Shown here piece after piece: positions 32,110-41,485 of a stretch of 55,467 nucleotides of DNA (position 1 is the first letter of the stretch; each line of letters starts with the position of its first letter). The stretch covers positions 1-55,467 of the forward strand of contig CAYXBU010000004.1 of the NCBI GenBank assembly GCA_964463245.1. Direction: 5' to 3'. Origin of the DNA: an uncultured Clostridium sp. GTDB lineage: Bacteria; Bacillota; Clostridia; Oscillospirales; CAG-272. The notes under the pieces were generated by a model. It was not told the DNA's origin and did no database searches. It worked only from the letters and a program-made list of their open reading frames with translations. A program made the position numbers and the translations under genes.

Positions 32110-33384
32110 ATGAGATCCGACGGACGGGTGACCCTGTCGGTCAGCCAACTGAATGAATGTGTTCGGGCGGCACTGGAGAACTCCCCCCTCCTGCGGGAGG
32201 TATATGTCGAGGGGGAGCTGTCCGGGGTCAAGCTGTATGCGTCCGGGCATCTCTACTTTTCCCTGAAGGATGCCGAGAGCACGGTCAGCTGTGTGATGTT
32301 CGCACGGCAGGTCACGGGTCTGCGCTATACTCCCGAGAACGGGATGCGGGTCATCCTGCACGGGCGGGTGTCGGTCTACCCGCCGCGCGGGCAGTATCAG
32401 TTGGTGGCAGATGCGCTGGTGCCGGTGGGAGTCGGCGACCTGGCGGTCGCGTTTGAACAGCTCAAGGCGAAACTTGCGGCGGAGGGACTGTTTGACGAGT
32501 CCCGCAAAAAGCCCCTGCCGCGCCATCCGCACCGCATCGGGGTCATCACCTCTGCCTCCGGGGCGGCCATCCACGACATCATCCGCGTGGCGCGGGGGCG
32601 TATGCCCTCGGTGGAGATATTGCTGTTCCCCTCGGAGGTGCAAGGCGCACGCGCTTCCCGCTACTTAGCGGGAGGGGTGCGCTACTTCAATTCCCCCGCC
32701 GTGCGGAGCGACTCGGAGCAAGCGGTGGATGTCATCATCATCGGGCGGGGCGGTGGCTCGACAGAGGATCTTTGGTGCTTCAACGACGAGACCCTTGCTC
32801 GTACCATTGCCGCCTCGGATATTCCCATCGTGTCGGCGGTGGGACATGAGGTGGATTATGCCATATCCGACTTTGTTGCCGACCGCCGTGCGGCTACCCC
32901 CTCGGCCGCCGCCGAGATGGTCACGCCGGATCGGGAAGACCTCGGGCGGCAGGTGCAGGCTCTGTCTTGCCGAATGGATACCGCGCTGGACACCCGCCTG
33001 GCGCGAGCGCGGAACCGCCTGACCGAGCTGGCGGGGCGGCGGGTGCTGTCCGCACCGGAGGGAGTCATCCTGCAGCGGAGAGAGCGGCTGTCCCCGCTGT
33101 CCCATCGGCTGGAGACCGCCATCGGACGGGCTTTGGAAACAAGGGAACGGGAGATGACCCGCCTGTGCGGTCAGCTGGAGGCGCTCAGCCCCCTGGCCGT
33201 TCTGGGGCGCGGGTATACCCTGATGCGGGGCGAGGACGGACATCTGATCCCACGCGCCGAGCGGCTGACGAGCGGGGAGCGAGTTACCGTGCAGTTCTCG
33301 GACGGCAGGGCGGAGGCCTTGATCGAATTGGTTGAGAAAGTACCGACGGCACCTGCGGGTGCGGAAAGCGAGACGGATATATGA
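32110..33384 (+). CDS. xseA: Exodeoxyribonuclease VII large subunit
   Basis: ORF track 31768..33384. Start chosen at ATG 32110 (MRSDGRVTLSVSQLNECV...); alternatives are 32083 and 32092. OB-fold N-terminus (GHLYFSLKD, CVMF). Confidence 0.85.
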   Translation: MRSDGRVTLSVSQLNECVRAALENSPLLREVYVEGELSGVKLYASGHLYFSLKDAESTVSCVMFARQVTGLRYTPENGMRVILHGRVSVYPPRGQYQLVADALVPVGVGDLAVAFEQLKAKLAAEGLFDESRKKPLPRHPHRIGVITSASGAAIHDIIRVARGRMPSVEILLFPSEVQGARASRYLAGGVRYFNSPAVRSDSEQAVDVIIIGRGGGSTEDLWCFNDETLARTIAASDIPIVSAVGHEVDYAISDFVADRRAATPSAAAEMVTPDREDLGRQVQALSCRMDTALDTRLARARNRLTELAGRRVLSAPEGVILQRRERLSPLSHRLETAIGRALETREREMTRLCGQLEALSPLAVLGRGYTLMRGEDGHLIPRAERLTSGERVTVQFSDGRAEALIELVEKVPTAPAGAESETDI

Positions 33385-33713
33385 CGGATATGGAGCAGAA
33401 CACAGTCCCCGAGGCGGCTGTGCCAAAGAAGAAGCGGGCGACCTCTGCTAAGAAGAAGTCCCCCGAGGAGGCCGCCGCCGCCCTCTCCTTTGAGGCGCGG
33501 AGCGAGCGGTTGGGGGAGATCGTGGGGCGGCTGGAGAACGGTACCCTGTCCTTGGAGGAGAGCCTTGCCCTCTACGAGGAGGGGGTCGCTCTGGTGCGTG
33601 CTTCCACCCGCGAGCTGGACGAGGCGGAGCAGAAGGTCAAGATATTGCGCCGCACGGCCGAGGGGGATATTCGCCCGGCCGATTTCGTGGATACCGAGGA
33701 GGGACAGTCATGA
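33381..33713 (+). CDS. xseB: Exodeoxyribonuclease VII small subunit (long basic N-terminal extension)
   Basis: 110 aa. SFEARSERLGEIVGRLENGTLSLEESLALYEEG. ATGA overlap with xseA. Confidence 0.85.
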   Translation: MTDMEQNTVPEAAVPKKKRATSAKKKSPEEAAAALSFEARSERLGEIVGRLENGTLSLEESLALYEEGVALVRASTRELDEAEQKVKILRRTAEGDIRPADFVDTEEGQS

Positions 33714-34630
33714 CGAATGAGATACACATGACCGAGGCGCAGACCGCGCTGGTGCAGGCCCTGTTGACCGAGAACGCGGCGGCGGTGGAGCGGTACCTGG
33801 ACGGCTTATATCGCGGTGAGGACGGCCGAGCCGATGCCTCTCTGAACGAGGCCGTGCGCTACTCCCTGTTGGCAGGGGGCAAGCGGGTACGCCCGACCTT
33901 GACAATGGAATTCTGCCGCCTGTGCGGCGGGAGAGCCGAGGCCGCCCTCCCGTTTGCGGCGGCGGTGGAGATGGTGCATACCTTCTCCCTCATCCACGAT
34001 GACCTGCCCTGCATGGACGACGACCAGCTGCGCCGCGGTCGCCCGACCAACCACCGTGTGTACGGGGAGGCCACTGCACTCTTAGCCGGGGACGGCTTGG
34101 CACTGGATGCCTTCGGGATGATCGCGGGAGCGGAGCATCCTGCCGAGACGCGGATCGCGGCGGTCAAGGTGCTGTCGGATGCCGCCGGGTGCGCGGGGAT
34201 GGTGCGCGGACAGATCATGGATATGTTCGGCGAGACCGTCCGGCTGACCAGGGAGGAGCTGTTGCTCCTGCAGGCACGCAAGACGGGTGCCCTCATTCGG
34301 GCGGCGGCACAGCTGGGCGTGCTGGCGGCCGGGGGCGGCGTGGACTCTGCCGAAATGGAGTTGGCGGCGGCGTATGCGGATCGCATCGGGCTGGCGTTCC
34401 AGATCGTGGACGATGTGCTGGACGTGACCGCTACCGAGGAGCAGATGGGCAAGTCGGTCGGCAGTGATGCGGAGCACCATAAGAATACATTCTTGACATT
34501 CTCCACCAAGGAGGAGGCTCTGTCCGAGGCCTACCGCCTGTCCCGCGAAGCTGCTGATTTAGTCGGCCGTCGGGCGCGCGGGGAGCGGCTGAGCGCACTG
34601 GCACTCTCCTTGGCGGTTCGACAGCACTGA
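33710..34630 (+). CDS. ispA: Farnesyl/geranylgeranyl diphosphate synthase (polyprenyl synthetase)
   Basis: FARM LIHDDLPCMDDD and SARM FQIVDDVLD. ATGA overlap with xseB. Confidence 0.88.
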   Translation: MTNEIHMTEAQTALVQALLTENAAAVERYLDGLYRGEDGRADASLNEAVRYSLLAGGKRVRPTLTMEFCRLCGGRAEAALPFAAAVEMVHTFSLIHDDLPCMDDDQLRRGRPTNHRVYGEATALLAGDGLALDAFGMIAGAEHPAETRIAAVKVLSDAAGCAGMVRGQIMDMFGETVRLTREELLLLQARKTGALIRAAAQLGVLAAGGGVDSAEMELAAAYADRIGLAFQIVDDVLDVTATEEQMGKSVGSDAEHHKNTFLTFSTKEEALSEAYRLSREAADLVGRRARGERLSALALSLAVRQH

Positions 34631-35412
34631 TGCGCGCCGATCTGTATTTGGTCGAGCGCGGAGCCGCCGCCTCCCGCACGCTGGCGCGGAAGCTGATCGA
34701 GGCTGGGGTGGTCTCAGTGGATGGTCGGACGGTCGGAAAGCCCTCGGAGGACATATCGGAGGGTCAGCACGACTTAACGGTCGGGGAGACCTGCGAGACT
34801 CGCTACGTCGGGCGCGGCGGCTTAAAGCTGGAGGCGGCACTGGATGCCTTTCCGGTCTCGGTAAGCGGTGGTATCTTCGCCGATGTGGGTGCCTCCACGG
34901 GGGGCTTTACTGACTGCCTGCTTCGGCGCGGCGCAGCACGGGTCTTTGCCATCGATGCGGGACACGGACAGCTCCACCCCCTTCTGCGGGAGGACGAGCG
35001 TGTGCGCTCGGTCGAGGGGTGTAACGCCCGCACGCTCAGTCGGGAGCTGATGCGCTCCTTTGAGCCGTCGGGCAGGACTCCGAGCGGCGACCGGTTCGAC
35101 GGATGGGTGGACGGCGCGGTGATGGATGTTTCCTTCATCTCACAGACCCTGATCTTGCCCGCGCTGACCAACGTCATCCGCCCGGGCGGGTGGCTCATCA
35201 GCTTGATCAAGCCGCAGTTTGAGTGCGGGGCGGGGGCACTGTCCCGCCGCGGGATCGTGAAGGATGTCCGCGATAGGGAGGCCGCCGTCCGGCGGGTGCA
35301 GGGATCTGCCGCCGCCTGTGGTCTGGAGCCTCGCGGGCTGATCCCATCCCCCATCGAGGGCGGGGACGGCAACCGAGAATATATGGCGTATTTTATTCGA
35401 CAAGAGAAATGA
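34630..35412 (+). CDS. tlyA: TlyA-family rRNA 2'-O-methyltransferase (S4 + FtsJ-like domains)
   Basis: 260 aa. RADLYLVERG (S4), DVGASTGGFTD (SAM motif). Start overlaps the ispA stop (TGATG). Confidence 0.85.
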   Translation: MRADLYLVERGAAASRTLARKLIEAGVVSVDGRTVGKPSEDISEGQHDLTVGETCETRYVGRGGLKLEAALDAFPVSVSGGIFADVGASTGGFTDCLLRRGAARVFAIDAGHGQLHPLLREDERVRSVEGCNARTLSRELMRSFEPSGRTPSGDRFDGWVDGAVMDVSFISQTLILPALTNVIRPGGWLISLIKPQFECGAGALSRRGIVKDVRDREAAVRRVQGSAAACGLEPRGLIPSPIEGGDGNREYMAYFIRQEK

Positions 35413-36356
35413 TGGTAGATATGGACAAAGAAAAGCAGATCGACACGGCGACGCGGACAAGCAGCTTCCGCAAGATCGCCCTGATCACAAACTTCAATAT
35501 TTTTGAAAAGGCCGGAGCCGCCATGCAGGTGGCACTGCGCCTCTCGCGCTTCCCTTGCGAGGTCATGGTCGCCTCCTTCAATCGGGACAAGGTACTGCGG
35601 ATGAACCGCGGGCGCATGACCTTTACCTTCCTGCCCATGGACGAGCTGTACGCCCGCGCCGATCTCATCATCGTGCTGGGCGGGGACGGCAGTATCCTGG
35701 AGGGGGCGCGCCGCGCCGCACCGCGCGGGACACCCATCCTGGGCATCAATCTCGGGCGGGTGGGATACATGGCCGAGCTGGAGGTCGGGGAGCTGGATAT
35801 GCTGGCTTGCCTGTTCCCGCCTGCGGGAGAGACTCCCACATGGCACATCGAGACACGCTCCATGCTGAACGTGGAGATCCTGACTCCCACGCAGGAGGTG
35901 CGGGCTACCATGTACGGGCTGAACGATGCTGTGATCACCAATGGCTCCATTGCCCGCATCATCGATCTGGAACTGTATGAGAACGGCCGTGCGGTCACGA
36001 GCTACCGCGCCGACGGGCTGATCGTGGCGACCCCCACCGGCTCCACCGCCTACTCCATGTCGGCGGGCGGCCCCGTGGCGGATCCGCGAGTCTCCTGCTT
36101 CTGCGTGACCCCCATCTGCCCCCATTCCATCGCGGCACGGCCGCTGATCTTCCCGGATGATGCCTCCATTGAGGTGAAAAATGTGTGTCAGCGCGAGAAG
36201 ATGCTGTTTCTGACGGTGGACGGCCGCACCAACTGCGAGCTCTACCGCAACGAGACCGTCCGCGTGACTCGCTCCCCCTTGCAGACCCATCTGGTTCGCT
36301 TACGCAGCTATGGCTTTTACGATCGCCTGCGCATCAAGATGGCCGAGCATTCATGA
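35409..36356 (+). CDS. nadK: NAD(+) kinase
   Basis: 315 aa. GGDGSIL, NDAVI and ATPTGSTAYSMSAGGP. ATGA overlap with tlyA. The exact start is uncertain (MMVDM...). Confidence 0.85.
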   Translation: MMVDMDKEKQIDTATRTSSFRKIALITNFNIFEKAGAAMQVALRLSRFPCEVMVASFNRDKVLRMNRGRMTFTFLPMDELYARADLIIVLGGDGSILEGARRAAPRGTPILGINLGRVGYMAELEVGELDMLACLFPPAGETPTWHIETRSMLNVEILTPTQEVRATMYGLNDAVITNGSIARIIDLELYENGRAVTSYRADGLIVATPTGSTAYSMSAGGPVADPRVSCFCVTPICPHSIAARPLIFPDDASIEVKNVCQREKMLFLTVDGRTNCELYRNETVRVTRSPLQTHLVRLRSYGFYDRLRIKMAEHS

Positions 36357-36383
36357 CCTCTGTCGAAAAAAAGGAGAAGCTAC

Positions 36384-36869
36384 ATGAAAAAGAATCGACT
36401 TGAAAAGATCATTGAGATCATCGACCGATACGAGGTCGAGACCCAGGACGAGCTGATCGACTACCTGGGTCGGGAGGGCTTTGACGTGACCCAGGCTACG
36501 GTGTCCCGTGACATCCGTGAGCTGAAGCTGGTCAAGATCACCACGGGGCACGGTCACTACCGCTATGTCCTGCCGCAGGAGGAGACCAAGGGTCAGACCT
36601 CCCTGCATATCAGCAACGCGCTGGCCGAGACCATCGTCCGCACTGATTGCGCCGGCAACCTGATCGTCCTGCACACCTACCCCGGTATGGCAAACGCCAT
36701 CGCCGTGGAGGTGGATCGGCTGGATCATCCCGCTATCCTCGGCTGTATCGCGGGAGATGACACGGTCCTGATCGTGGCGCGGGATGTCGAGCGTGCCTCG
36801 CAGGTGAGCGACCAGATCAAGGATATGGTGCGTCATCGCTCCCAGAGTCTGCAGGAAGGGGGCAGGTAA
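36384..36869 (+). CDS. argR: Arginine repressor
   Basis: 161 aa. Winged helix (QDELIDYLGREGFDVTQATVSRDIREL) and C-terminal GDDT oligomerisation motif (IAGDDTVLIV). Confidence 0.88.
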   Translation: MKKNRLEKIIEIIDRYEVETQDELIDYLGREGFDVTQATVSRDIRELKLVKITTGHGHYRYVLPQEETKGQTSLHISNALAETIVRTDCAGNLIVLHTYPGMANAIAVEVDRLDHPAILGCIAGDDTVLIVARDVERASQVSDQIKDMVRHRSQSLQEGGR

Positions 36870-36870
36870 G

Positions 36871-38565
36871 ATGCTCCGTTCCCTCCACATCGAAAACGTA
36901 GCGGTCATTCGGCGTGCGGATGTGGACTTTTCCGAGGGGCTGTGTGTCCTGACGGGCGAGACCGGAGCAGGGAAGTCCCTCCTGATCGACAGCCTGAATG
37001 CCCTGATCGGCGGGCGTGTCAGCCGCGAGTTGATCCGTACCGGGGAGGATCGCGCGGAGGTCTCGGCTCTGTTTGACGGGCTGGACGAGACGACCCGCAT
37101 CGCCCTGTCCGAGTTGGGGATCGAGCCGGAGGAGGGAGAGCTTCTGCTACGCCGAACCATCAATCGGGACGGCCGCTCGGTCTGCCGTATCGGGGGTAGA
37201 GCCGTGACCCAGAGCCTCCTGCGGGACGCGGGGGCACTCTTGATCAATATCCACGGGCAGAGCGACAACCAAAAGCTGATGCAGAAGTCCGCGCACCTGT
37301 CCCTCCTGGATGCATACGCAGGGGACGGGCAGGAGCTGGCGACCTATCGCCGCGCCTATGCCGCATGGCGGCATACCTCCGAACGCTTGCGGGAGCTGCG
37401 CTTGGATGAAAGTCAGCGGTTGCGGACACGGGAGATGCTGGCCTACCAGATATCTGACATTGATGCCGCTAAGCTCAAGCCGGGTGAGGAGGAGCGACTG
37501 ACCGCACGGCGGGATCGCCTTCAGCATCAAGAGAAGATCGACAAGGGACTGCGCTATGCCGCCCGCGCCCTGCGGGACGGCGAGAAGGCCACAGCGGTCG
37601 CCCTGATCGACCGCGCCGAGACCGCCCTGTCCTCGCTGGCGGGGCTCCTGCCCGAGACCGAGGGGCTGACCGAGCGGCTGGAGGCTCTGCGCTGTGAGGC
37701 CGAGGACATTGCCGAGCGTGTCAGTGCACTCATGGATTCGGATGTGGAGGATCCGACCGCCGAGCTGGACAAGCTGGAGGGGCGGCTGGATATCATCCAG
37801 CGGCTGGGGCGCAAGTACGGCGCGGGCGTGGAGGCTATTTTGACCTTTCGCACCGAGGCGGCGGCACGGCTGGCCGAGCTGGATGACTCGGATGGGCGGA
37901 TCGCCGAGCTGGAACGGGAGGAAATGGCACTGCGTGCCGCCCTGGACGAACAGGCGGCGGTGCTGACGTCGCGGCGTAAAACGGCGGCGGAGAGCCTGTC
38001 TGCCGAGGTGGCGGAGTCGCTGACCTTTCTGGATATGCCGCGAGTGCGCTTTGCCGTGTCACAGCACCCCCTGCCCGCGCCCGGCGCGGACGGCGCGGAT
38101 GATGTGGAGTTCTGTATCTCCACAAACCCCGGTGAGCCGCTCCTGCCCATGATCCGCATAGCCTCGGGGGGTGAGCTGTCCCGCATCATGCTGGCTCTGC
38201 GGAGCGTGCTGAATGAGAGGTACGGCATCCCGGTCTCCATCTACGACGAGATCGACACCGGTATCTCGGGGCGAACCGCACGGAAGGTGGGCATGAAGTT
38301 GCATGAGATCGCCTCGGTCGGGGACTCGCAGGTCATCTGCGTGACCCATTCGGCACAGGTCGCCTCGCTGGCGGATGCTCATTTCCGCATTGAAAAGAAA
38401 GAGGTAGACGGTCGCTCCGAGACCTCGGTGCGCCGCCTCTCCGACGACGAGCGGGTGGAGGAGATCGCCCGCATTTTGGGCGGCCTTGACCCGACCGATG
38501 CCCAACGCGCCGCCGCCCGCGACCTGATACGGGAGCGCGGGGGCGCGGCGGTAGATGCACGCTGA
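36871..38565 (+). CDS. recN: DNA repair protein RecN
   Basis: 564 aa. Walker A GETGAGKS, coiled-coil middle region, C-terminal signature/Walker B (GGELSRIMLAL, IYDEIDTGISG). Confidence 0.92.
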   Translation: MLRSLHIENVAVIRRADVDFSEGLCVLTGETGAGKSLLIDSLNALIGGRVSRELIRTGEDRAEVSALFDGLDETTRIALSELGIEPEEGELLLRRTINRDGRSVCRIGGRAVTQSLLRDAGALLINIHGQSDNQKLMQKSAHLSLLDAYAGDGQELATYRRAYAAWRHTSERLRELRLDESQRLRTREMLAYQISDIDAAKLKPGEEERLTARRDRLQHQEKIDKGLRYAARALRDGEKATAVALIDRAETALSSLAGLLPETEGLTERLEALRCEAEDIAERVSALMDSDVEDPTAELDKLEGRLDIIQRLGRKYGAGVEAILTFRTEAAARLAELDDSDGRIAELEREEMALRAALDEQAAVLTSRRKTAAESLSAEVAESLTFLDMPRVRFAVSQHPLPAPGADGADDVEFCISTNPGEPLLPMIRIASGGELSRIMLALRSVLNERYGIPVSIYDEIDTGISGRTARKVGMKLHEIASVGDSQVICVTHSAQVASLADAHFRIEKKEVDGRSETSVRRLSDDERVEEIARILGGLDPTDAQRAAARDLIRERGGAAVDAR

Positions 38566-38621
38566 GGGACTCCTGCCAAGAGCCTAAAACGCCGCTACAG
38601 CGGAATATTTACAAAAATCTA

Positions 38622-38650
38622 TTGCAATTCCAAGCCAACCGTGCTATAAT
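38622..38650 (+). promoter_or_regulatory. Promoter TTGCAA-17-TATAAT (TGC extended -10) for argS
   Basis: TTGCAAttccaagccaaccgtgcTATAAT, 40 nt upstream of ATG 38691. The leader is too short for a T-box. Confidence 0.6.
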
Positions 38651-38690
38651 ATATCGGTTTGAGACTAACGAAAGAGAGGAAACTCCACAG

Positions 38691-40445
38691 ATGATGCTTC
38701 AGATCAAGCAAATGCTGGCTGAGGAGATCCGGAGCGGCCTTCAGAGCATATCGCCCGAGGGCGCGGCGGCTCTGACCGAATCCGACATCCAGGGCCTGCT
38801 GGAATATCCACCCGATCCCGCCATGGGGGACATCGCGCTCCCGTGCTTCAAGCTCTCCCGCACACTGCGCCGCTCTCCGGTGCAGATAGCGAATGCGCTG
38901 GCTCCCGCCATTGCGGGGGATTGCATTCAGCGTGCCGAGGCGGTCAACGGATACCTCAATATCTACCTGTCGGGGGAATACCTGCTGAGTACCCTGCTTC
39001 CCCGTATTTTGGAAGAGGGCGAGTCCTACGGCTCCCCGCATATTGGCGAGGGAAAGGTGGTGGTGCTGGACTACTCCTCCCCGAACGTCGCAAAGCCCTT
39101 CCACATCGGGCATCTCGGTACCACCGTGATCGGTCACGCCCTCAAGAAGCTGCATGAGTTTGCGGGCTATACCTGCATCGGCATCAACTACCTCGGCGAC
39201 TGGGGGACTCAGTTCGGTAAGCTGATCGTGGCCTACCGCCTGTGGGGCTCCAAGGAGGCGGTGGAGCAGGGCGGCATCGACGAGCTGGTCAGCCTGTACG
39301 TCCGCATCAATAACGCCATCAGCGGCAACGAGGCCGAGGGGATCGCACCGGATCCGGCTCTGGCTGAGCAGGCGCGCGCCGAGTTCCACAAGATGGAGAT
39401 CGGCGACCCGGAGAATATCGCGCTGTGGAAGTGGTTCGTGCAGATCAGCTTGGATGAGTATCAGAAGACCTACCGCCAGCTGGACATCACCTTCGACAGC
39501 TACAAGGGGGAGTCCTTCTATACCGATAAGATGCCCGCGCAGGTGCAAAAGCTGCGGGATATGGGGCTGATGAAGCTCGACGACGGCGCGTCCATCGTAG
39601 ACCTGTCTGAATATGATATGCCCCCTTGTCTGATCCTTAAGCGGGACGGCTCCACTCTCTACCCCACCCGCGATATCGCCGCGGCGGTCTACCGTAAGCA
39701 GGAGTACCATTTCGACAAGTGCATCTACGTCACATCGGCACAGCAGATATTGCACTTCCGCCAGTGGTTCAAGGTGGTGGAGCTGATGGGCTATGACTGG
39801 TACGACCAGCTGGTTCATGTCCCCTACGGCACGGTGTCGGTCAACGGTGCCAAGCTGGCCACCCGCACCGGTAACGTCGTCCTGCTCCGTGACCTGTTCG
39901 CCGCCGCCATCGACAAGGTGACCGAGATCATGGAGACCAAGAACCCGTCGCTCAAGGGGCGCACCGACATCGCCGAGGCGGTCGGCGTGGGCGCGATCGT
40001 GTTCTACTACCTGTCCAACAACCGCATCAAGGACATCAACTTCAACATGGAAGAGGCTCTGTCCTTTGACGGCAACACGGGTCCCTATGTCCAGTACACC
40101 TACGCCCGCGCCTGCTCCATCCTGGAGAAGGCCGGCGTGACCGCTGAGACGGCGACCCCCGCCGAGCTGATCCTGTCCGATCCGCTTGAGAAGTCCCTCT
40201 GCGTGGTGCTCTCGGAGTTTGAGGAGCGGGTACGCATGGCTCTGCGGGATTATGAGCCGTCCTACATCACCCGTTACATCCTCGATGTGGCGACCGCCTT
40301 CAATCGGTTCTACCACGACTGCGCCATTGCGACCTGCGAGGACGCACGCGTGCGGGCGACCCGTCTGGCTTTGACGCAGGCGACCAAGAACGTGCTGGGT
40401 GCGGCCTTCGGACTCATCTGCCTGCGTAAGACCGAAAAGATCTGA
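38691..40445 (+). CDS. argS: Arginine--tRNA ligase
   Basis: ORF track 38622..40445 trimmed to ATG 38691 (MMLQIKQMLAEEI...). HIGH motif PFHIGHLGTT. DALR anticodon-binding C-terminus. Confidence 0.92.
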   Translation: MMLQIKQMLAEEIRSGLQSISPEGAAALTESDIQGLLEYPPDPAMGDIALPCFKLSRTLRRSPVQIANALAPAIAGDCIQRAEAVNGYLNIYLSGEYLLSTLLPRILEEGESYGSPHIGEGKVVVLDYSSPNVAKPFHIGHLGTTVIGHALKKLHEFAGYTCIGINYLGDWGTQFGKLIVAYRLWGSKEAVEQGGIDELVSLYVRINNAISGNEAEGIAPDPALAEQARAEFHKMEIGDPENIALWKWFVQISLDEYQKTYRQLDITFDSYKGESFYTDKMPAQVQKLRDMGLMKLDDGASIVDLSEYDMPPCLILKRDGSTLYPTRDIAAAVYRKQEYHFDKCIYVTSAQQILHFRQWFKVVELMGYDWYDQLVHVPYGTVSVNGAKLATRTGNVVLLRDLFAAAIDKVTEIMETKNPSLKGRTDIAEAVGVGAIVFYYLSNNRIKDINFNMEEALSFDGNTGPYVQYTYARACSILEKAGVTAETATPAELILSDPLEKSLCVVLSEFEERVRMALRDYEPSYITRYILDVATAFNRFYHDCAIATCEDARVRATRLALTQATKNVLGAAFGLICLRKTEKI

Positions 40446-40493
40446 TCTATGCGCTATATCGGACGAATTACAGGTGCACTGAAGATTGTTAAC

Positions 40494-40633
40494 TTTTTTG
40501 AATACATTGTGGGGTAGGGACTCCACAGGACGGCAAATAACGCAAAAGACGATCCGACAACCATATTTCGATATGATAACGTGATTAAAGTCCTTGAAGG
40601 GGTTTGGGGAAACTTCCTTCAGGAAGTTTCCCC
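40494..40633 (+). repeat. Intergenic repeat family 1, copy C (best-preserved)
   Basis: TTTTTTGAATACATTGTGGGGTAGGGACTCCACAGGA...AAAGTCCTTGAAGGGGTTTGGGGAAACTTCC-TTCA-GGAAGTTTCCCC, with a perfect 12-bp terminal hairpin. Lies between argS and yebC in sense orientation. Confidence 0.8.
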
Positions 40634-40667
40634 AATAAAAATAATAAGTAAATGAGAGGTATATACT

Positions 40668-41402
40668 ATGTCCGGACACAGCAAATGGGCGAACATCAAG
40701 CACAAGAAGGAAAAGACCGACTCCGCCCGCGCCAAGATATTCACCAAGATCGGCAAGGAGCTGACCATCGCCGTTCGCGAGGGCGGCCCCGACCCGGCCT
40801 CCAACTCCAAGCTGCGTGACCTGATCCAGAAGGCCAAGGCCAACAACGTCCCGAACGACAACATCGAGCGCACCATCAAGAAGGCGCAGGGCGCGCAGGG
40901 CGAGAACTTTGAGGAAGTGACCTACGAGGGCTACGGTCCCGCAGGTGTGGCTGTCATCGTCACCGCCACCACCGACAACCGCAACCGTACCGCCGGCAAT
41001 ATCCGTTCCTACTTCTCCAAGTTCCACGGGAACATGGGGCAGACCGGTTGCGTCGGCTACCTGTTCGCCAACAAGGGCGTGGTGGTTATCACCGACGAGG
41101 ACGGTGACTACGAGGAGGATAAGCTGATGGAGCAGGCTCTGGAGGCCGGAGCCGAAGATTTCTCGGCCGACGAGGGCGTGTTTGAGATCACCACCGAGCC
41201 GGAGGATGTCTACGTCGTGGCGGATGCGCTCAAGGAGCTGGGCTATGCCATTGCCTCCGCCGAGGTGACCAAGGTGCCCTCCACCTATGTCAACATCGAC
41301 GGCGAGGAGGAGCAGAAGTTCATGGGTCTCCTGCTGGATAAGCTGGACGAGGACGACGACGTGCTGGATGTCTACCACAACTGGGAGAACTGCGACCGAT
41401 AA
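40668..41402 (+). CDS. yebC: YebC/PmpR-family DNA-binding transcriptional regulator
   Basis: MSGHSKWANIKHKK...; 244 aa. Confidence 0.92.
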   Translation: MSGHSKWANIKHKKEKTDSARAKIFTKIGKELTIAVREGGPDPASNSKLRDLIQKAKANNVPNDNIERTIKKAQGAQGENFEEVTYEGYGPAGVAVIVTATTDNRNRTAGNIRSYFSKFHGNMGQTGCVGYLFANKGVVVITDEDGDYEEDKLMEQALEAGAEDFSADEGVFEITTEPEDVYVVADALKELGYAIASAEVTKVPSTYVNIDGEEEQKFMGLLLDKLDEDDDVLDVYHNWENCDR

Positions 41403-41430
41403 CCATCCGTGCCGGGGGGAGCCTGCGGTC

Positions 41431-41459
41431 TTGACCGGGCTTCCCCCGCATTGTATATT
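41431..41459 (+). promoter_or_regulatory. Possible promoter TTGACC-17-TATATT embedded in the yebC terminator-like hairpin
   Basis: TTGACCgggcttcccccgcattgTATATT. It overlaps the hairpin GGGGGAGCC...GGCTTCCCCC (41414-41447). Confidence 0.4.
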
Positions 41460-41485
41460 CGATTTTGCGAAAGGACGGTGATACA